Assembly: GCA_963765575.1 (NCBI GenBank)
Contig: CAVXWZ010000008.1
Span: 64,001-128,000, forward strand
Length of the DNA: 64,000 bases
Origin: an uncultured cyanobacterium
GTDB lineage: Bacteria; Cyanobacteriota; Cyanobacteriia; PCC-6307; Cyanobiaceae
Reading direction: 5' to 3'
The stretch's first letter is position 1; each line of letters starts with the position of its first letter. The position numbers and the translations under genes are program-made. The notes beneath the pieces are model-generated. The model was not told the DNA's origin. It did not search any database and saw nothing but the letters and a program-made list of their open reading frames with translations. Positions 33,344-45,096 of the stretch are shown here, piece after piece.

Positions 33344-33477
33344 GCCTTCGTTCCGTCCCGCGCACCGACCGAGAGCGTAACGCTGGCAGCCTTGCCCTAG
33401 CCCTGTCGCGTTCCCATCGATACCTTCGGACGTCCTCCGCGTGCCGGGCGATCGCGGTTCCCTCCGCCACAGCTGCC

Positions 33478-34761
33478 GTGCCGGTCGCTGGCTTTCCGGC
33501 CCAGCCGGGTGGGGCCCCGGCGGAGACCTCTGCCGAGACCTCCCTTGCCGCAGTCGATGCCGCCCTGGGCGCGCACAACGCCCGCCTGGCGGCGATCGGC
33601 ATCAGCCTGGGTATCGAGCGCCGGGGCGGCCGGCTTGGCCTGCGCGGTCCCCTGCCCTGTCGCCGGGGTGAAGCGACCCGGCCGGTCCAGCGCATCAGCC
33701 TCGGCCTGCCCGCCACGGTCCAGGGACTGCGGCAGGCCCGCCAGCAGCAGCGCCAGGTGCTGCGCCAGCTGGAGCAGGGCTGCTTCCGCTGGGACCACTG
33801 GCGCCGGCAGCCGCGGCCGGTACCGCCCCCCGATCCGCTGCCGCTGGTCCCCCCTGGTGGCCAGGGTCTGCAGGCGCTGGTGGGCGACTTTGAGCGGGCC
33901 TTCTTCGAGGATCCCCGGCGCCGGCGCAACGCCGCCGGCAGCCGCAGCACCTGGACCGCCGCCTATCGCCCCTACCTCAGGCGTCTGCAGGCTCTGGCCG
34001 GTGACGGCCTGGCTGGTGGCAGGTCCGACCCACCGCTGGGTCCGCTGCTGGAGCGGGTACTGGAGAGCTATGGGCCCGGCAGCAGCAGCCGCCAGCAGTG
34101 CGGCATCGCCCTGGCGGCCCTGGCCCGGCACGCCGGCCTGGCCCTGCCTCCGGATTGGCGGGACCGTGCCGGCGGCTACGGCCTGCATGCCGCCCGCTTT
34201 CGCCAGCTGCCCAGCGACGCCCGCATCCTGCAACTGGTGGAGCTGATCCCCAACCCCGCCTGGCGGCTGGCCTACGGCCTGATGGCCAGCTATGGCCTGC
34301 GCAACCACGAGGTGTTCTGCTGCGATCTCTCGGCCCTGGCTCCGGGCGGCGACCGGGTGATCCGGGTGCTGCCCACCAGCAAGACCGGCGAGCACCAGGT
34401 GTGGCCCTTTCAGCCCGACTGGGTGGAGCACTTCGGCCTCGAACGGCTGGGGGATCACCAGGGTCTGCTGCCGGCGGTGTGCACCGACCTGCGGCGCACC
34501 ACCCTGCAGCAGGTGGGGCGCCGGGTGGCGGAGCAGTTCCGTCGCTATCAGCTGCCGATCACCCCCTATGACCTACGCCATGCCTGGGCCGTGCGCACCA
34601 TCCACATCGGCCTGCCGGACACGGTGGCGGCACGGATGATGGGCCACTCGGTGGCGATCCACACGCGCACCTACCACCACTGGATCACCCGTCGCGACCA
34701 GCAGCAGGCGGTGGACACCGCCCTGGCCCGCCAGCGTGACGGCAGCCGGGGGGTGGCCTGA
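33478..34761 (+). CDS. Tyrosine recombinase / site-specific integrase (XisA/XisC-like)
   Basis: YGLRNHE, KTG, YDLRH, MMGHS and HTRTY catalytic elements; start uncertain. Confidence 0.9.
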   Translation: MPVAGFPAQPGGAPAETSAETSLAAVDAALGAHNARLAAIGISLGIERRGGRLGLRGPLPCRRGEATRPVQRISLGLPATVQGLRQARQQQRQVLRQLEQGCFRWDHWRRQPRPVPPPDPLPLVPPGGQGLQALVGDFERAFFEDPRRRRNAAGSRSTWTAAYRPYLRRLQALAGDGLAGGRSDPPLGPLLERVLESYGPGSSSRQQCGIALAALARHAGLALPPDWRDRAGGYGLHAARFRQLPSDARILQLVELIPNPAWRLAYGLMASYGLRNHEVFCCDLSALAPGGDRVIRVLPTSKTGEHQVWPFQPDWVEHFGLERLGDHQGLLPAVCTDLRRTTLQQVGRRVAEQFRRYQLPITPYDLRHAWAVRTIHIGLPDTVAARMMGHSVAIHTRTYHHWITRRDQQQAVDTALARQRDGSRGVA

Positions 34762-34798
34762 ACCCGCCAGAGTGACGCTCCTGCCTGCCCTGCCCGCC

Positions 34799-35512
34799 AT
34801 GCCCCACAGCCAGCTGGACGCCGCGCTGGAGACCGCCGCCAACCCTGCCGGTGGGAGCGACCTCGACCGCCAGGCCGCCGAACTGGGTCCGGGCGGCGAT
34901 CTGGCGCCGGAGAGCGATCAGGAGGCCTACCGCCGCCGCATGGCCCGGCGCCAGCAGGTGCAGCGACAGCGGGTCGGTGAGCGGTCCCTGGAGAAGGGGC
35001 TGGTGCTGGTGTTCACCGGCGATGGCAAGGGCAAGACCACCGCGGCCCTTGGCCTGGTGCTGCGCAGCCTCGGCCATGGCGAGCGGGTGGCGGTGGTGCA
35101 GTTCATCAAGGGCGGCTGGCAGCCCGGGGAGGCCCGGGCCCTGGAACTGTTCGGCGAAGCCCTGGCCTGGCATGCCCTGGGGGAGGGCTTCACCTGGGAA
35201 ACCCAGGACCGGGAGCGGGACCGGGCCCTGGCCCAGGCGGCCTGGGAGCGCTCCTGCGTCTACCTCGCCGACCCCGGCCGCCATCTGGTGGTGCTCGACG
35301 AGGTGAATGTGGCCCTGAAGCTTGGCTATCTGACGCTGGAGCAGGTGCTGCAGGGGCTGGCCCTGCGGCCCCCGCTCACCCACGTGGCCCTCACCGGCCG
35401 TGGCGCCCCGGCGCCCCTGCTGGAGCGCGCTGATCTGGTGACGGAGATGAAGCTGGTGCGGCATCCCTTCCGCGAGCAGGGGGTGAAGGCCCAGCGCGGC
35501 ATCGAGTTCTGA
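34799..35512 (+). CDS. cobO: Cob(I)yrinic acid a,c-diamide adenosyltransferase
   Basis: [22 protein letters not shown] and HPF. Confidence 0.95.
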   Translation: MPHSQLDAALETAANPAGGSDLDRQAAELGPGGDLAPESDQEAYRRRMARRQQVQRQRVGERSLEKGLVLVFTGDGKGKTTAALGLVLRSLGHGERVAVVQFIKGGWQPGEARALELFGEALAWHALGEGFTWETQDRERDRALAQAAWERSCVYLADPGRHLVVLDEVNVALKLGYLTLEQVLQGLALRPPLTHVALTGRGAPAPLLERADLVTEMKLVRHPFREQGVKAQRGIEF

Positions 35513-35561
35513 GGCTTGCAGGCGCGGCCATTGCTACGGTGCCGCAGATCAACGGGGGCCG

Positions 35562-36269
35562 ATGGGATACAGGCGCGTGCTCCTCAAACTCAGCGGCGAA
35601 GCGCTGATGGGGGAGCAGGGCTACGGCATCGACCCGGCCATCGTCCAGTCGATCGCGGCGGATGTGGCCAGCTGCGTGGCCGACGGCACCCAGCTGGCCA
35701 TCGTGGTGGGCGGCGGCAACATCTTCCGTGGCCTCAAGGGCAGTGCCGCCGGCATGGACCGGGCTACGGCCGACTACGTGGGCATGCTGGCCACGGTGAT
35801 GAATGCCATCACCCTGCAGGACGGCTTGGAGCGGGTCGGGGTGCCCACCCGGGTGCAGAGCGCCATCTCGATGCAGGAGGTGGCCGAGCCCTACATCCGC
35901 CGCCGGGCGATCCGCCACATGGAAAAGGGCCGGGTGGTGATCTTCGCGGCCGGCACCGGCAACCCCTTCTTCACCACCGACACCACCGCCGCCCTGCGGG
36001 CGGCCGAGATCAACGCCGACGTGGTGTTCAAGGCCACCAAGGTGGATGGCGTCTACGACCGCGACCCGGCGCTCTATGCCGATGCCCAACGGTTCGAGAC
36101 CCTCTCGTTCCTGCAGGTGCTGAGCGGCGAGCTGGAGGTGATGGACGGCGCCGCCATCGCCCTCTGCAAGGACAACGCCATCCCCATCGTGGTGTTTGAT
36201 CTGTTCGGTCCCGGCAACATCGGTCGGGCCGTGCGCGGTGAGCCGATCGGTACCCGCATTCACCCCTGA
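35562..36269 (+). CDS. pyrH: Uridylate kinase
   Basis: [17 protein letters not shown] and GNPFFTTDT. Confidence 0.98.
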   Translation: MGYRRVLLKLSGEALMGEQGYGIDPAIVQSIAADVASCVADGTQLAIVVGGGNIFRGLKGSAAGMDRATADYVGMLATVMNAITLQDGLERVGVPTRVQSAISMQEVAEPYIRRRAIRHMEKGRVVIFAAGTGNPFFTTDTTAALRAAEINADVVFKATKVDGVYDRDPALYADAQRFETLSFLQVLSGELEVMDGAAIALCKDNAIPIVVFDLFGPGNIGRAVRGEPIGTRIHP

Positions 36270-36286
36270 GCCACAAGCCGAGCGAC

Positions 36287-36826
36287 ATGGACCTGGAAGC
36301 CACGATGCGCAAGTCGGTGGATGCCGCCCTGCGCAACTTCAACACCATCCGCACCGGGAGAGCCAACACCTCCCTGCTCGACAAGATCAGCATCGAGTAC
36401 TACGGCGCCGAGACGCCCTTGAAGTCGCTGGCGAGCCTCACCACCCCCGATTCCCAGACGATCCAGATCCAGCCCTTCGACATCAGTTGCGTGGGGCTGA
36501 TTGAGAAGGCGATCTCCATGAGCGATCTGGGCCTCACCTGCAACAACGACGGCAAGCTGATCCGCATCAACATCCCGGCCCTCACTGAGGACCGGCGCAA
36601 GGAGCTCTGCAAGATCGCCGCCAAATACGGCGAGGAGGGCAAGGTGGCCCTGCGCAACAACCGCCGTGACGGCATCGATCGCATCAAGAAGCGTGAGAAG
36701 GACGGCGAACTCTCGGAGGATCAGAGCCGCGACGAACAGGACAAGGTGCAGAAGCTCACCGACCGCTTCATCGCCGAGCTGGAGCGGCACCTGGCCGACA
36801 AGGAGGCTGAGATCCTCAAGGTTTGA
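36287..36826 (+). CDS. frr: Ribosome recycling factor
   Basis: [18 protein letters not shown] and KEAEI; follows pyrH. Confidence 0.97.
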   Translation: MDLEATMRKSVDAALRNFNTIRTGRANTSLLDKISIEYYGAETPLKSLASLTTPDSQTIQIQPFDISCVGLIEKAISMSDLGLTCNNDGKLIRINIPALTEDRRKELCKIAAKYGEEGKVALRNNRRDGIDRIKKREKDGELSEDQSRDEQDKVQKLTDRFIAELERHLADKEAEILKV

Positions 36827-38004
36827 GCCTCACAGCCTCTGGCCCCTGGGATGTGATTGTGGTGGGAGCGGGGGCGGCCGGGGCTGCCGCCGCCGTTCAC
36901 CTCGCCCGCAGCGGCCGCGCGGTGCTGCTGCTCGACCAGGCCCGCTTCCCGCGCGCCAAGCCCTGCGGTGGTGGCATGGCCGCCTCGGTGCAGGCCCTGT
37001 TTCCCTTCGACCTCAGCCCGGTGGTGGAGGCGGTGATCGAACGGGTGCGCTTCACCTGGAACCTCGGCGATCCGGTGGTGGCCGAGTTGCCGGGAGAGGC
37101 ACCGTTCTGGATCGTGCGCCGAGCCAGCCTCGATGCCTTCCTGGTGCAGCAGGCCCAGCTGGCGGGGGCCAGCTTCCTGCCGGGATGCGCCGTGCAGGGG
37201 GTGGAGCGCCGCGCTGGGCGCTGGCGCCTCAGCCTGGCCGCTGCTGCCGCCGCCTCGGCGCCGGCCGGCGGGCTGGAAGCCCCGGCCCTGGTGATCGCCG
37301 ATGGTTCCGGTTCGCGGCTGGTGGCCGGCCTGGGCCTCGGCCCCAGCCGGCCCCGCTTCGCCACCACCGTCTCGGTGGAGCTGGAGGGGGAGATGGCCGA
37401 TCCGGCCACGGCCCATTTCGGCTTTGGGCTGGTTCCCCAGGGCTTCTGCTGGGCCTTTCCGCGCCGGGGTGGCGCCAGCATCGGCCTGGGCAGTTTCATC
37501 GGCCGACCCGCCAATCCCACCACGGCCCGCAGAGACGCCGATACCGTGCTCACCAGGCTGCTGCCCAGCCTCGGCTTCGCCCAGGACGCCGGCTTGCGCA
37601 CGGTCAACCGCCTGCGGGTCTGGGATGGGCACCATCCCCTGCATGCCGAGGGGGTGGTGGCGGCCGGGGATGCCGCCTCCCTGTGTGACCCCTTCCTGGC
37701 CGAGGGGCTGCGGCCGGCCTTGCTGAGCGGTTGCCGCGCCGCCACGGCCATCGACAACTGGCTCAGCGGTGACGCCGAAGCCCTGCCCCGCTACAGCGAG
37801 GGCCTGCGGCGCGACTGGGGCGAATCGATGGCCTGGGGGCGGCGCATCGCCAGCGTCTTCTACCGGGTGCCGCGGGTGGGGTATCAGCTGGGCATCAAAC
37901 GTCCCACCGCGCCCCAGCGCATCGCCCAGATCCTCTCAGGCGAGATGGGCTACGGGGATATCGCCCAGCGGGCAATCCGCCGCTTGCTGTTTCAGCGCGG
38001 CTGA
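36823..38004 (+). CDS. Geranylgeranyl-reductase-family FAD oxidoreductase
   Basis: VGAGAAG, KPCGGG, ADG, WAFP and GDAA...PFLAEG. Confidence 0.9.
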   Translation: MSLTASGPWDVIVVGAGAAGAAAAVHLARSGRAVLLLDQARFPRAKPCGGGMAASVQALFPFDLSPVVEAVIERVRFTWNLGDPVVAELPGEAPFWIVRRASLDAFLVQQAQLAGASFLPGCAVQGVERRAGRWRLSLAAAAAASAPAGGLEAPALVIADGSGSRLVAGLGLGPSRPRFATTVSVELEGEMADPATAHFGFGLVPQGFCWAFPRRGGASIGLGSFIGRPANPTTARRDADTVLTRLLPSLGFAQDAGLRTVNRLRVWDGHHPLHAEGVVAAGDAASLCDPFLAEGLRPALLSGCRAATAIDNWLSGDAEALPRYSEGLRRDWGESMAWGRRIASVFYRVPRVGYQLGIKRPTAPQRIAQILSGEMGYGDIAQRAIRRLLFQRG

Positions 38005-38014
38005 GGCACCGGGC

Positions 38015-38395
38015 TCAGCCGATGCGGGTGCAGTCCTTGAGCTGGCGCAGGCGTTGATCGATCGAGCCCAGCAACTCAATCGCAAACATCGGCGATTCCT
38101 GCACGGCGAAGAGAAATTTCTCCCGGTTCATTACCAGCAGGCGGCAGGGGCTGATCGCCTTGGCGTCGCCAAAACGACGGTGCTCGCTGGTGACCAGGGC
38201 GCCGGCCCCGAAGACGTCGCCGGCCTGGATCTGTTCATGGCCCGAATCGCTGTCCCAACTCAGCTGCACCTCACCCTCCAGCAGCCCGAACATGCAGTCG
38301 CCGGGATCACCGGAGCGGAAAATCAGCTCACCCGGTGCCACGTTGATCACCTCACCCTCGCTGGCCAGGGCACGCATGGTGTCGAGGGCATTCAT
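38015..38395 (-). CDS. Stand-alone cyclic nucleotide-binding domain protein
   Basis: IFRSGD...G.V beta-roll and GDVFG; 126 aa, no HTH. Confidence 0.85.
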   Translation of the reverse strand: MNALDTMRALASEGEVINVAPGELIFRSGDPGDCMFGLLEGEVQLSWDSDSGHEQIQAGDVFGAGALVTSEHRRFGDAKAISPCRLLVMNREKFLFAVQESPMFAIELLGSIDQRLRQLKDCTRIG

Positions 38396-38497
38396 GGGCT
38401 AAGGCAGTGATGGGCTCAGCCAGTGTGCACGAGCCAGGTGAAGGGACGGTGAAGGCCCCAGCTCCATCTGGCTCTGATCAGACCATCTGGTGCTGAA

Positions 38498-39670
38498 TCA
38501 GACCAGGCTCACCGCTAATGCGGCGCCCAGTCCCCCGCGAACGTCGTCGGGGGCGAGACGGCCATCCTTGTCGGTGTCGAGGGCATCGAACACCGCATCG
38601 CTGCCCAGCCACTCCTCGCGGGTGATGCAGCCGTCGCCGTCGAGGTCGTTGAGCAGGAAGATCTCGTGCACCGCATGGCCGAAGGCGGCGCCACCCTCCA
38701 GTTCTGCCAGCCTGTGGGCCAGCTGGGCTTCGAGGGTTTCGATCGCCTTGCAGAAGCCGCGGATGCCCTCATCGAGCTTCTCGGTGGCCATGGGATCGGC
38801 GGCCAGCATCGCCCCGAAGCCCGCTTCATCGAGGTGGATCTGGGCCTCGGTGGGGGCGGGGTCGAAGGGGTTGAGCTTGCGCTCCAGCACCCCGTCGGTG
38901 TTGCGCAGTTCGCCGAGCAGGGCCGGAGAGATGGTGAGCAGATCGCAGCCGGCCAGCTCGATGATCTCGTCGGTGTTGCGGAAACTGGCGCCCATCACCT
39001 CGGTCTTGTAGCCGTAGGTCTTGTAGTAGTTGAAGATCTGGGTCACCGACACCACTCCGGGATCTTCGGGGCCGGGATAGCTGTCGCGGCCGCTGCTTTT
39101 CTTGTACCAGTCGAGAATCCGACCCACGAACGGGGAGATCAGCGTGACCCCGGCCTCCGCGGCTGCAACGGCCTGGGCGAAGGAAAACAGCAGCGTGAGG
39201 TTGCAGTGGATGCCTTCGCTCTCCAGCTGCTCGGCGGCCTTCATCCCCTCCCAGGTGGAGGCCACCTTGATCAGCACCCGGTCTTTGCCGATGCCGGCTT
39301 CGGCGTAGAGCTCGATCAGACGGCGGCCCTTGGCGATCGTGGCCTCGGTGTCGTAGCTGAGGCGCGCATCCACTTCGGTGGACACCCGACCCGGCACGAT
39401 CTTGAGAATCTCCTTGCCGAAGGTGACGCAGATCTCGTCGAGGGCTTCACGCACCACGGCATCGGCGCCGGCGGCGGCCCCCATCACCTGCCGGGACTCG
39501 CGCAGGGAGCGGTCGATGAGTTCCTGGTAAGCAGGGATCTGGGCGGCGGCCAGGATCAGCGAGGGGTTGGTGGTGGCATCGCGCGGGGTGAACTGCTTGA
39601 TCGCGTCAATGTCACCGGTATCGGCCACCACCACGGTCATGGCGGCGAGTTGATCGAGCAAATTGGCCAT
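38498..39670 (-). CDS. tal: Transaldolase with C-terminal EF-hand pair
   Basis: [21 protein letters not shown] and SPFVGRI; EF loops [12 protein letters not shown] and [12 protein letters not shown]. Confidence 0.97.
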   Translation of the reverse strand: MANLLDQLAAMTVVVADTGDIDAIKQFTPRDATTNPSLILAAAQIPAYQELIDRSLRESRQVMGAAAGADAVVREALDEICVTFGKEILKIVPGRVSTEVDARLSYDTEATIAKGRRLIELYAEAGIGKDRVLIKVASTWEGMKAAEQLESEGIHCNLTLLFSFAQAVAAAEAGVTLISPFVGRILDWYKKSSGRDSYPGPEDPGVVSVTQIFNYYKTYGYKTEVMGASFRNTDEIIELAGCDLLTISPALLGELRNTDGVLERKLNPFDPAPTEAQIHLDEAGFGAMLAADPMATEKLDEGIRGFCKAIETLEAQLAHRLAELEGGAAFGHAVHEIFLLNDLDGDGCITREEWLGSDAVFDALDTDKDGRLAPDDVRGGLGAALAVSLV

Positions 39671-39780
39671 CTCTGGCGGGGATCCCGGTTGGGCAAACGC
39701 TAGCCAGCCCAGAGCCCTGCCCCCACGCTGGGCCGTGTCGCTTGCGCGAATGGCCACACAGCCCTCTGGCTGGTGGCGGC

Positions 39781-41616
39781 TCAGGCCCCGGGGGTGACCG
39801 CAGTGGAGCGCTGGGCCCCGGGACTGGAGGGGGGGATCTGCTCCAGCACCAGCAGGGCATCAATGATCTGGCGGGCCACCGGTGCGGCCACCGTGGAGCC
39901 GTAGGTGTTGCCGCCCTTGGGTTCGTCCACCACCACCAGCACCACGTAGCGGGGGTCGTCGATCGGCAGGTGGCCGACGAAGCTGGTGATCAGAGCTCCG
40001 GGGATGTAGACGCCGCGCTCGGCCTTCTGGGCCGTGCCTGTCTTGCCGCCGATCCGGTAGCCCGGCACCTTGATGCCGAGGCTGCCGCTGTTGGCCACCA
40101 CCGCTTCCATCCACCCCATCACGGTGGCGGTGACCTCCGGATCGAGGAGCTGGATGCCGGCATTGCCCGGGGAGGGGGCCAGTGCTTCACCGGAGCGCAG
40201 CCCCCGGGTGATGTGGGGGCTCACCAGGCGACCGCCGTTGGCGAGCATGGCGTGCAGCTGGGCCAGCTTCAGCGGGGTGAGCGAAAACCCCTGGCCGAAG
40301 GCCGACACCGCCGGCTCGATCGGGTGGCTGATGAACACACTGCGCGACTTCAGCTCACCGGCGACGGCGCCGGGCAGATCGGTGTCCGGACGGGTATCGA
40401 TGCCGATGTTGTGCAGCCACTCCCAGAAACGCTCACGCTTCACCCGGGCCATGGCGTTCACCATGCCCACATTGCTCGACACCTCCAGCACCGTGGCGAA
40501 GTCGATCACGCCATTGCCCTGCCGGTTGTGGTTGAAGATCGGCCAGCCGCCGATGCTCAGCTGACCGGGGTCGTTGACCGTGCCCTTGGGGTCGATGGCC
40601 TTCTCCTGCAGGGCGATGGCCAGGTTGATGGGCTTGAAGGTGGAGCCCGGTTCGTAGAGATCCTGCACCGACCATTCGCGGAACAGCCCCGGGTTGTACT
40701 TCCAGAACTGGTTGGGGTCGTAGGTGGGGTAGGAGGCCAGCGCAAGCATTTCGCCGTTGCGCACGTCCATCACCAGGGCGGCGGCACGCTTGGCCTTCCA
40801 CTTCGCCACCTGGTTGGCCAGGGCCTGCTGGGCCACCTGCTGCAGGCGCGCGTCCAGGGTCAGCTGCAGGCGCAGGTCGTCGCCGTAGAGCGAGCCGGCC
40901 GTGATGCCCTCAGGCAGGGGGGTGCCGTCGGCTCCCCGGCGCATGCTCAGGGTGCTTTCCTGGCGCCTGAGGTCACTGTCGCGGCTCTGCTCCAGACCGG
41001 CCTGGGGAACCCGTTCCAGGTTGAGAAAGCCCACCACGTTGGCGAACAGGGGACCCTGGGGGTAGATGCGCTGGGGATAGGCCTCCAGATCCAGACCACT
41101 GATCCCCAGTTCACGGATGCGGGCGGCGGTTTCCGGATCGATGGTCGTGCCCAGCTTCACGCCGCTGGGGCGGCCCGCCATGCGTTGGTGCAACAGCTCC
41201 GCGGGCTGGGCCAGCACGGGGGCGAGGCGCGCGGCCACCTCCTCGCGGCTGCGCAGCTTCTGGGGGTCGTCGCCGGGGAAATTGAAATAGCGGGGATGGG
41301 CCCAGAGGGTGAAGCGCTCCTCGTCGAGGGCCACCAGGCGGCCATTGCGATCAACGATCGTGCGGCGCTTGCCCAGCGGCGTCTGCGACTGGGTCTGGAT
41401 GGCCCGGGCCTTGGCCTCCAGGTTGGCCGTGTCGATCACCTGCAGCCAGGCCAGGCGCCCAGCCAGCCCGGCCAGGCCAAGGCAGAGCAGCGCGTAGACG
41501 GCCAGCAGGCGCCCCGGGCTGGGGGGCTGCATCGACACCACCCGCTGCTGGCTGGATGGCGCCCTGCGCTGCGCGGAAGCAGGCCGGCGGGAACGTTGCA
41601 GCGAGGAGGGGGCCAT
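39781..41616 (-). CDS. ftsI: Class B penicillin-binding protein (FtsI/PBP3)
   Basis: EPGSTFK, SSN and KTGT motifs; N-terminal TM segment. Confidence 0.93.
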   Translation of the reverse strand: MAPSSLQRSRRPASAQRRAPSSQQRVVSMQPPSPGRLLAVYALLCLGLAGLAGRLAWLQVIDTANLEAKARAIQTQSQTPLGKRRTIVDRNGRLVALDEERFTLWAHPRYFNFPGDDPQKLRSREEVAARLAPVLAQPAELLHQRMAGRPSGVKLGTTIDPETAARIRELGISGLDLEAYPQRIYPQGPLFANVVGFLNLERVPQAGLEQSRDSDLRRQESTLSMRRGADGTPLPEGITAGSLYGDDLRLQLTLDARLQQVAQQALANQVAKWKAKRAAALVMDVRNGEMLALASYPTYDPNQFWKYNPGLFREWSVQDLYEPGSTFKPINLAIALQEKAIDPKGTVNDPGQLSIGGWPIFNHNRQGNGVIDFATVLEVSSNVGMVNAMARVKRERFWEWLHNIGIDTRPDTDLPGAVAGELKSRSVFISHPIEPAVSAFGQGFSLTPLKLAQLHAMLANGGRLVSPHITRGLRSGEALAPSPGNAGIQLLDPEVTATVMGWMEAVVANSGSLGIKVPGYRIGGKTGTAQKAERGVYIPGALITSFVGHLPIDDPRYVVLVVVDEPKGGNTYGSTVAAPVARQIIDALLVLEQIPPSSPGAQRSTAVTPGA

Positions 41617-41689
41617 GGATCCGGCCAGGGTGTGCAGAAGGCTGATGGGTGGCGGGTCGAACCAGAGAGCCGCGCCGAGGGCGGCAGGC

Positions 41690-42133
41690 TCAGTAGCCGG
41701 CGGCGGCCGAACTCCAGCTCAGGGACGCCAACGGCAGCACCGCGGCCGGCTGGGGGCGGGGCGGCGGCGGCGGCACAAAGATCAGCCGGTCGCTGCTGGT
41801 GGGCACCAGCTGGCCAGGCTTGCCGGCGGGGCCCAGGTGATGGCGCTCCAGCTGGGCGGCCGACTCCTGCAGGCGGTGTTCCAGCACCTGGGAGGCCTCC
41901 AGGGTCTCAAAGCTCTGGCCCCACTGGTGCTGCCAGTGGAGGGTGAGGCCGCTGAGGGCCAGCATGCAGAGGCCGAGCCCGGCGAGGGTGCCGTCGGTGG
42001 CCCGGTGCATCCCCAACAGCCAGGGAGCGCGGCGCGCAGCGGACCGCCCGGAGAGGGATCCCTGGATCAGCTGCAGCGGACGCTGGCCTGGGGGGCCCTC
42101 GGCGCCCCGCGCTGGGAGTTTGGAGGCGACCAC
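41690..42133 (-). CDS. Bitopic membrane protein upstream of ftsI (FtsL-like, putative)
   Basis: Single TM plus coiled coil ending AGY; position directly upstream of ftsI; GTG start inferred. Confidence 0.7.
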   Translation of the reverse strand: MVASKLPARGAEGPPGQRPLQLIQGSLSGRSAARRAPWLLGMHRATDGTLAGLGLCMLALSGLTLHWQHQWGQSFETLEASQVLEHRLQESAAQLERHHLGPAGKPGQLVPTSSDRLIFVPPPPPRPQPAAVLPLASLSWSSAAAGY

Positions 42134-42200
42134 GGGGTGAGCCAAACGTTCTGCAAGTGAACCACCCGCCCAGCGCCACAGCAAGGCCCTGACGGGGATT

Positions 42201-43607
42201 TCATCCGGCCAGCAGCAGCAGGTTGGTGAAGGTGAAGCCATTCCAGAGGCTGTGCATCAGCACGCAGGGTCCCAGGCGCCCGCTGCGCAGCCGCAGCCAG
42301 CCCAGACCGACTCCGAGCACCGTCAGCGGCAACAGTTCACCAAGGCTGAGATGGGCCAACCCGAACACCAGGGCACTGACCAGCACCCCCAGCCCACCCC
42401 CCCAGCGGCGCCCCAGCACCGGCAGCAGCACCCCGCGGAACAGACTCTCCTCAAAGAGTGGAGCGAGCACCATCGCCGTGAGGGCAAAACACAGCAGAGC
42501 CAGGGGATCGCGGGCGGTGAGCACCAGCTCCAGCAGGGGGTTGCTGCCCCCCGGATCGCCCACCACACGGCTGATCAGCCAGCCCGAGAAGGCCACCACC
42601 GGCAACACCATCAGCCCATGGCTGAGGGCGGCGCCGATCGCCGAACCGGCCGGTCGCCAGCGCCACTGCAGCCAGCCGTTGTCGGGCCGCTGATCAGCCA
42701 GGGGCCGCAACAGGGCCTTGAGAATCAGCAGGGGCGGCACCATCAGGCCGAAATAGAACACCAGCACCTGCAGACCCTGCTGGCGCAACGGCATGGCCTG
42801 CAGGGGCACCAGCAGCGGCCGCAGGGCCGGCGAAAGCAGCAGCGGCACACTCAGCTCGCCGAGCACCACGAAACCTCCGGCGATCAGCAGGGTCACATCC
42901 ACGAGGTTGAGGGCAGGGCCCACCAGCGGCGGAGCCGCCGGCTGCCGCCGCCGCACCAGCAGCCAGGCCTCCCGCAGCAGCAGTCCCAGCCCCAGCAGCA
43001 GCAGCAGCCCCGGCAGCCAGCTCACGGCCAGCAGTCGTGCCAAGGCCTGGCGCTGCTGGACGGGCTCACCACAGTCGGCCCGCGCCGGTTCCAGCGCCTG
43101 GCAGAGCAACTGGCCGGTGAGGGGAGTCAGTTCGCTGGTCCAGGGGGCTGTGAGCGCGCTGAGCTGGTCCGCACGGGCGGCGGCAGCCCCCGCCCCCTGC
43201 TGATCCAGCGCGGCCAGCAGCTGCCGGTTCTCGGGGGGAACCTGGCCCCGCAGCTGTTCCAGCAGGACCTCACTGCGCTGCAGGTGCCCGCCGCGGCGAC
43301 TGAGCAGGGCCAGCTGCAGCAGCTGGTCGGGAGTGCCTGGGCCGGGGTCGGCGGCCAGGCTCTGCTCCAGCTGGATCGCCAGGTCCTTGTGGGCCTCGGG
43401 CCCACCGAGCAGGGGCTTCAGCCCCGGCGGCAGGGCCGGGGTCGCCAGCAGCTGCAGCTGCAGCTGGCGCAGCTCCAGGGCGTTGCCCACCGAGGGGCGA
43501 TCCAGGCTCTGCAACAGGCCGTTGATCCACAGCAGGCTGCAGAGCAGCAGGCTGATGGCGGCGAGCACCAGCTTCCAGCGCGGTGAGGCGTCGGTGGGAA
43601 CGGACAA
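42201..43607 (-). CDS. CPBP-family (Abi/CAAX) intramembrane protease
   Basis: FEESLFRG, FGLAH and HSLWN. It is the C-terminal part of the 1041-aa ORF; start estimated. Confidence 0.9.
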   Translation of the reverse strand: MSVPTDASPRWKLVLAAISLLLCSLLWINGLLQSLDRPSVGNALELRQLQLQLLATPALPPGLKPLLGGPEAHKDLAIQLEQSLAADPGPGTPDQLLQLALLSRRGGHLQRSEVLLEQLRGQVPPENRQLLAALDQQGAGAAAARADQLSALTAPWTSELTPLTGQLLCQALEPARADCGEPVQQRQALARLLAVSWLPGLLLLLGLGLLLREAWLLVRRRQPAAPPLVGPALNLVDVTLLIAGGFVVLGELSVPLLLSPALRPLLVPLQAMPLRQQGLQVLVFYFGLMVPPLLILKALLRPLADQRPDNGWLQWRWRPAGSAIGAALSHGLMVLPVVAFSGWLISRVVGDPGGSNPLLELVLTARDPLALLCFALTAMVLAPLFEESLFRGVLLPVLGRRWGGGLGVLVSALVFGLAHLSLGELLPLTVLGVGLGWLRLRSGRLGPCVLMHSLWNGFTFTNLLLLAG

Positions 43608-43748
43608 GCGCGGTGCAGCGAGGGAGGCAATGGGCTGGATTCTCCCCCCGGCCGGAGGAGCTGGCCGGAGGGGCTGGCCGGGGCGCCCGGGGAGCGGCTG
43701 GGCAGGATGTGCTGCTCCCATACGATGACCTGGAGCAGCCCTGGGTCC

Positions 43749-45089
43749 GTGTCTCTCCGGATTGTGCTGGTCCGCCACGGGCTCAGCAGCTTCAACGTCG
43801 AGCACCGGATCCAGGGCCGCGACGATTTGTCTTCCCTCACCGAGGCGGGCGTGGGCCAGGCCCGCGCCGCCGGCGCCGCCCTGGTCGCTGTGCCCCTTGA
43901 TGCGGCCTACAGCTCCCCCCTGCGGCGGGCTCGGGACACGGCCGGCCAGCTGCTCCTGGCCCAGGCCGGTGGCCTGACCCCCAGCTTCGATCAGGATCTG
44001 CTGGAGATTGATCTTGCTCCCTGGAGTGGCCTGCTGCGCCGCGAGCTGCGCGAGCGCTTCCCAAGCCAGGAGGCCATCTGGCGCACGGCTCCCCACCAGC
44101 TGGAGCTGGAGCGCCCTGACGGTGGTCGCTACCGACCCCTGCCGGAGTTGATGGAGCAGGCGGCCCGCTTCCATGCCCGCCTGCTGGAGCGCCATGGGTC
44201 TGCCCTCGATGGCGCCGACCAGAGTGTGCTCGTGGTTGCCCACAACGCCATCCTGCGCTGCCTGGTGCTCACCCTGCTGGGCCTCGATGCCAGCGGTTTT
44301 CGGCGCCTGCGGGTGGACAACGGCTCGATCTCGGTGCTCAATCTCAGCACTGGACCCACCGGGGCGCCGGCCGTGCAGGTGGAGTCGCTGAATGGCACCG
44401 CCCACCTGGGCGAGCCCCTGCCGCCCCGGGGCGGTGGTGCCCGTTTGCTGCTGGTGCGCCATGGCGAGACCGACTGGAACCGTCAGGGCCGCTTCCAGGG
44501 ACAGATCGACATTCCCCTGAATGCCAACGGCCTCGCCCAGGCCGACGCTGCAGGGGCGTTTCTGGCCACGACGAGCATTCAGCGCGCCTACACCAGTTCC
44601 ATGGCACGCCCGCGGCAGACCGCCGAACGGATCCTCGCCTCCCATCCGGGGGTGCCGCTCACCGCCAGCCGCGGCCTGGTGGAAATCGGCCATGGCCTCT
44701 GGGAGGGGCGGCTGGAGTGCGAGATCGCCGAGGGCTGGCCGCGCCTGCTGGCCGACTGGAAGCGGGCTCCGCAGACGGTGCAGATGCCCGAGGGGGAGAC
44801 CCTCGACGGGGTGTGGCAACGCTCCCTGGCCACCTGGCACACCATCGCCACCAGCCTCGATGCCGCTGAAACAGCTCTGGTGGTGGCCCACGACGCCGTC
44901 AACAAGACCATCCTCTGTGGGCTGCTGGGGCTCACCGCCGCCGATATCTGGATGATCAAGCAGGGCAATGGCGGCGTCACCGTGATCGACTATCCCCAGG
45001 GGGCGGGAGCCACGGCGGTGGTGGCGGCCCTGAACATCACCTCCCATCTCGGTGGAGTGCTCGACCGCACGGCCGCGGGGGCCCTGTAG
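43749..45089 (+). CDS. Tandem histidine phosphatase (phosphoglycerate mutase family)
   Basis: Two LVRHG domains, each with a VVAH motif. Confidence 0.93.
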   Translation: MSLRIVLVRHGLSSFNVEHRIQGRDDLSSLTEAGVGQARAAGAALVAVPLDAAYSSPLRRARDTAGQLLLAQAGGLTPSFDQDLLEIDLAPWSGLLRRELRERFPSQEAIWRTAPHQLELERPDGGRYRPLPELMEQAARFHARLLERHGSALDGADQSVLVVAHNAILRCLVLTLLGLDASGFRRLRVDNGSISVLNLSTGPTGAPAVQVESLNGTAHLGEPLPPRGGGARLLLVRHGETDWNRQGRFQGQIDIPLNANGLAQADAAGAFLATTSIQRAYTSSMARPRQTAERILASHPGVPLTASRGLVEIGHGLWEGRLECEIAEGWPRLLADWKRAPQTVQMPEGETLDGVWQRSLATWHTIATSLDAAETALVVAHDAVNKTILCGLLGLTAADIWMIKQGNGGVTVIDYPQGAGATAVVAALNITSHLGGVLDRTAAGAL

Positions 45090-45096
45090 GTCGGTG

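Noticed and set aside
32168..39670. CAB domain on ferrochelatase and EF-hands on transaldolase as novel fusions
   Set aside because: Both are established features of the cyanobacterial enzymes.
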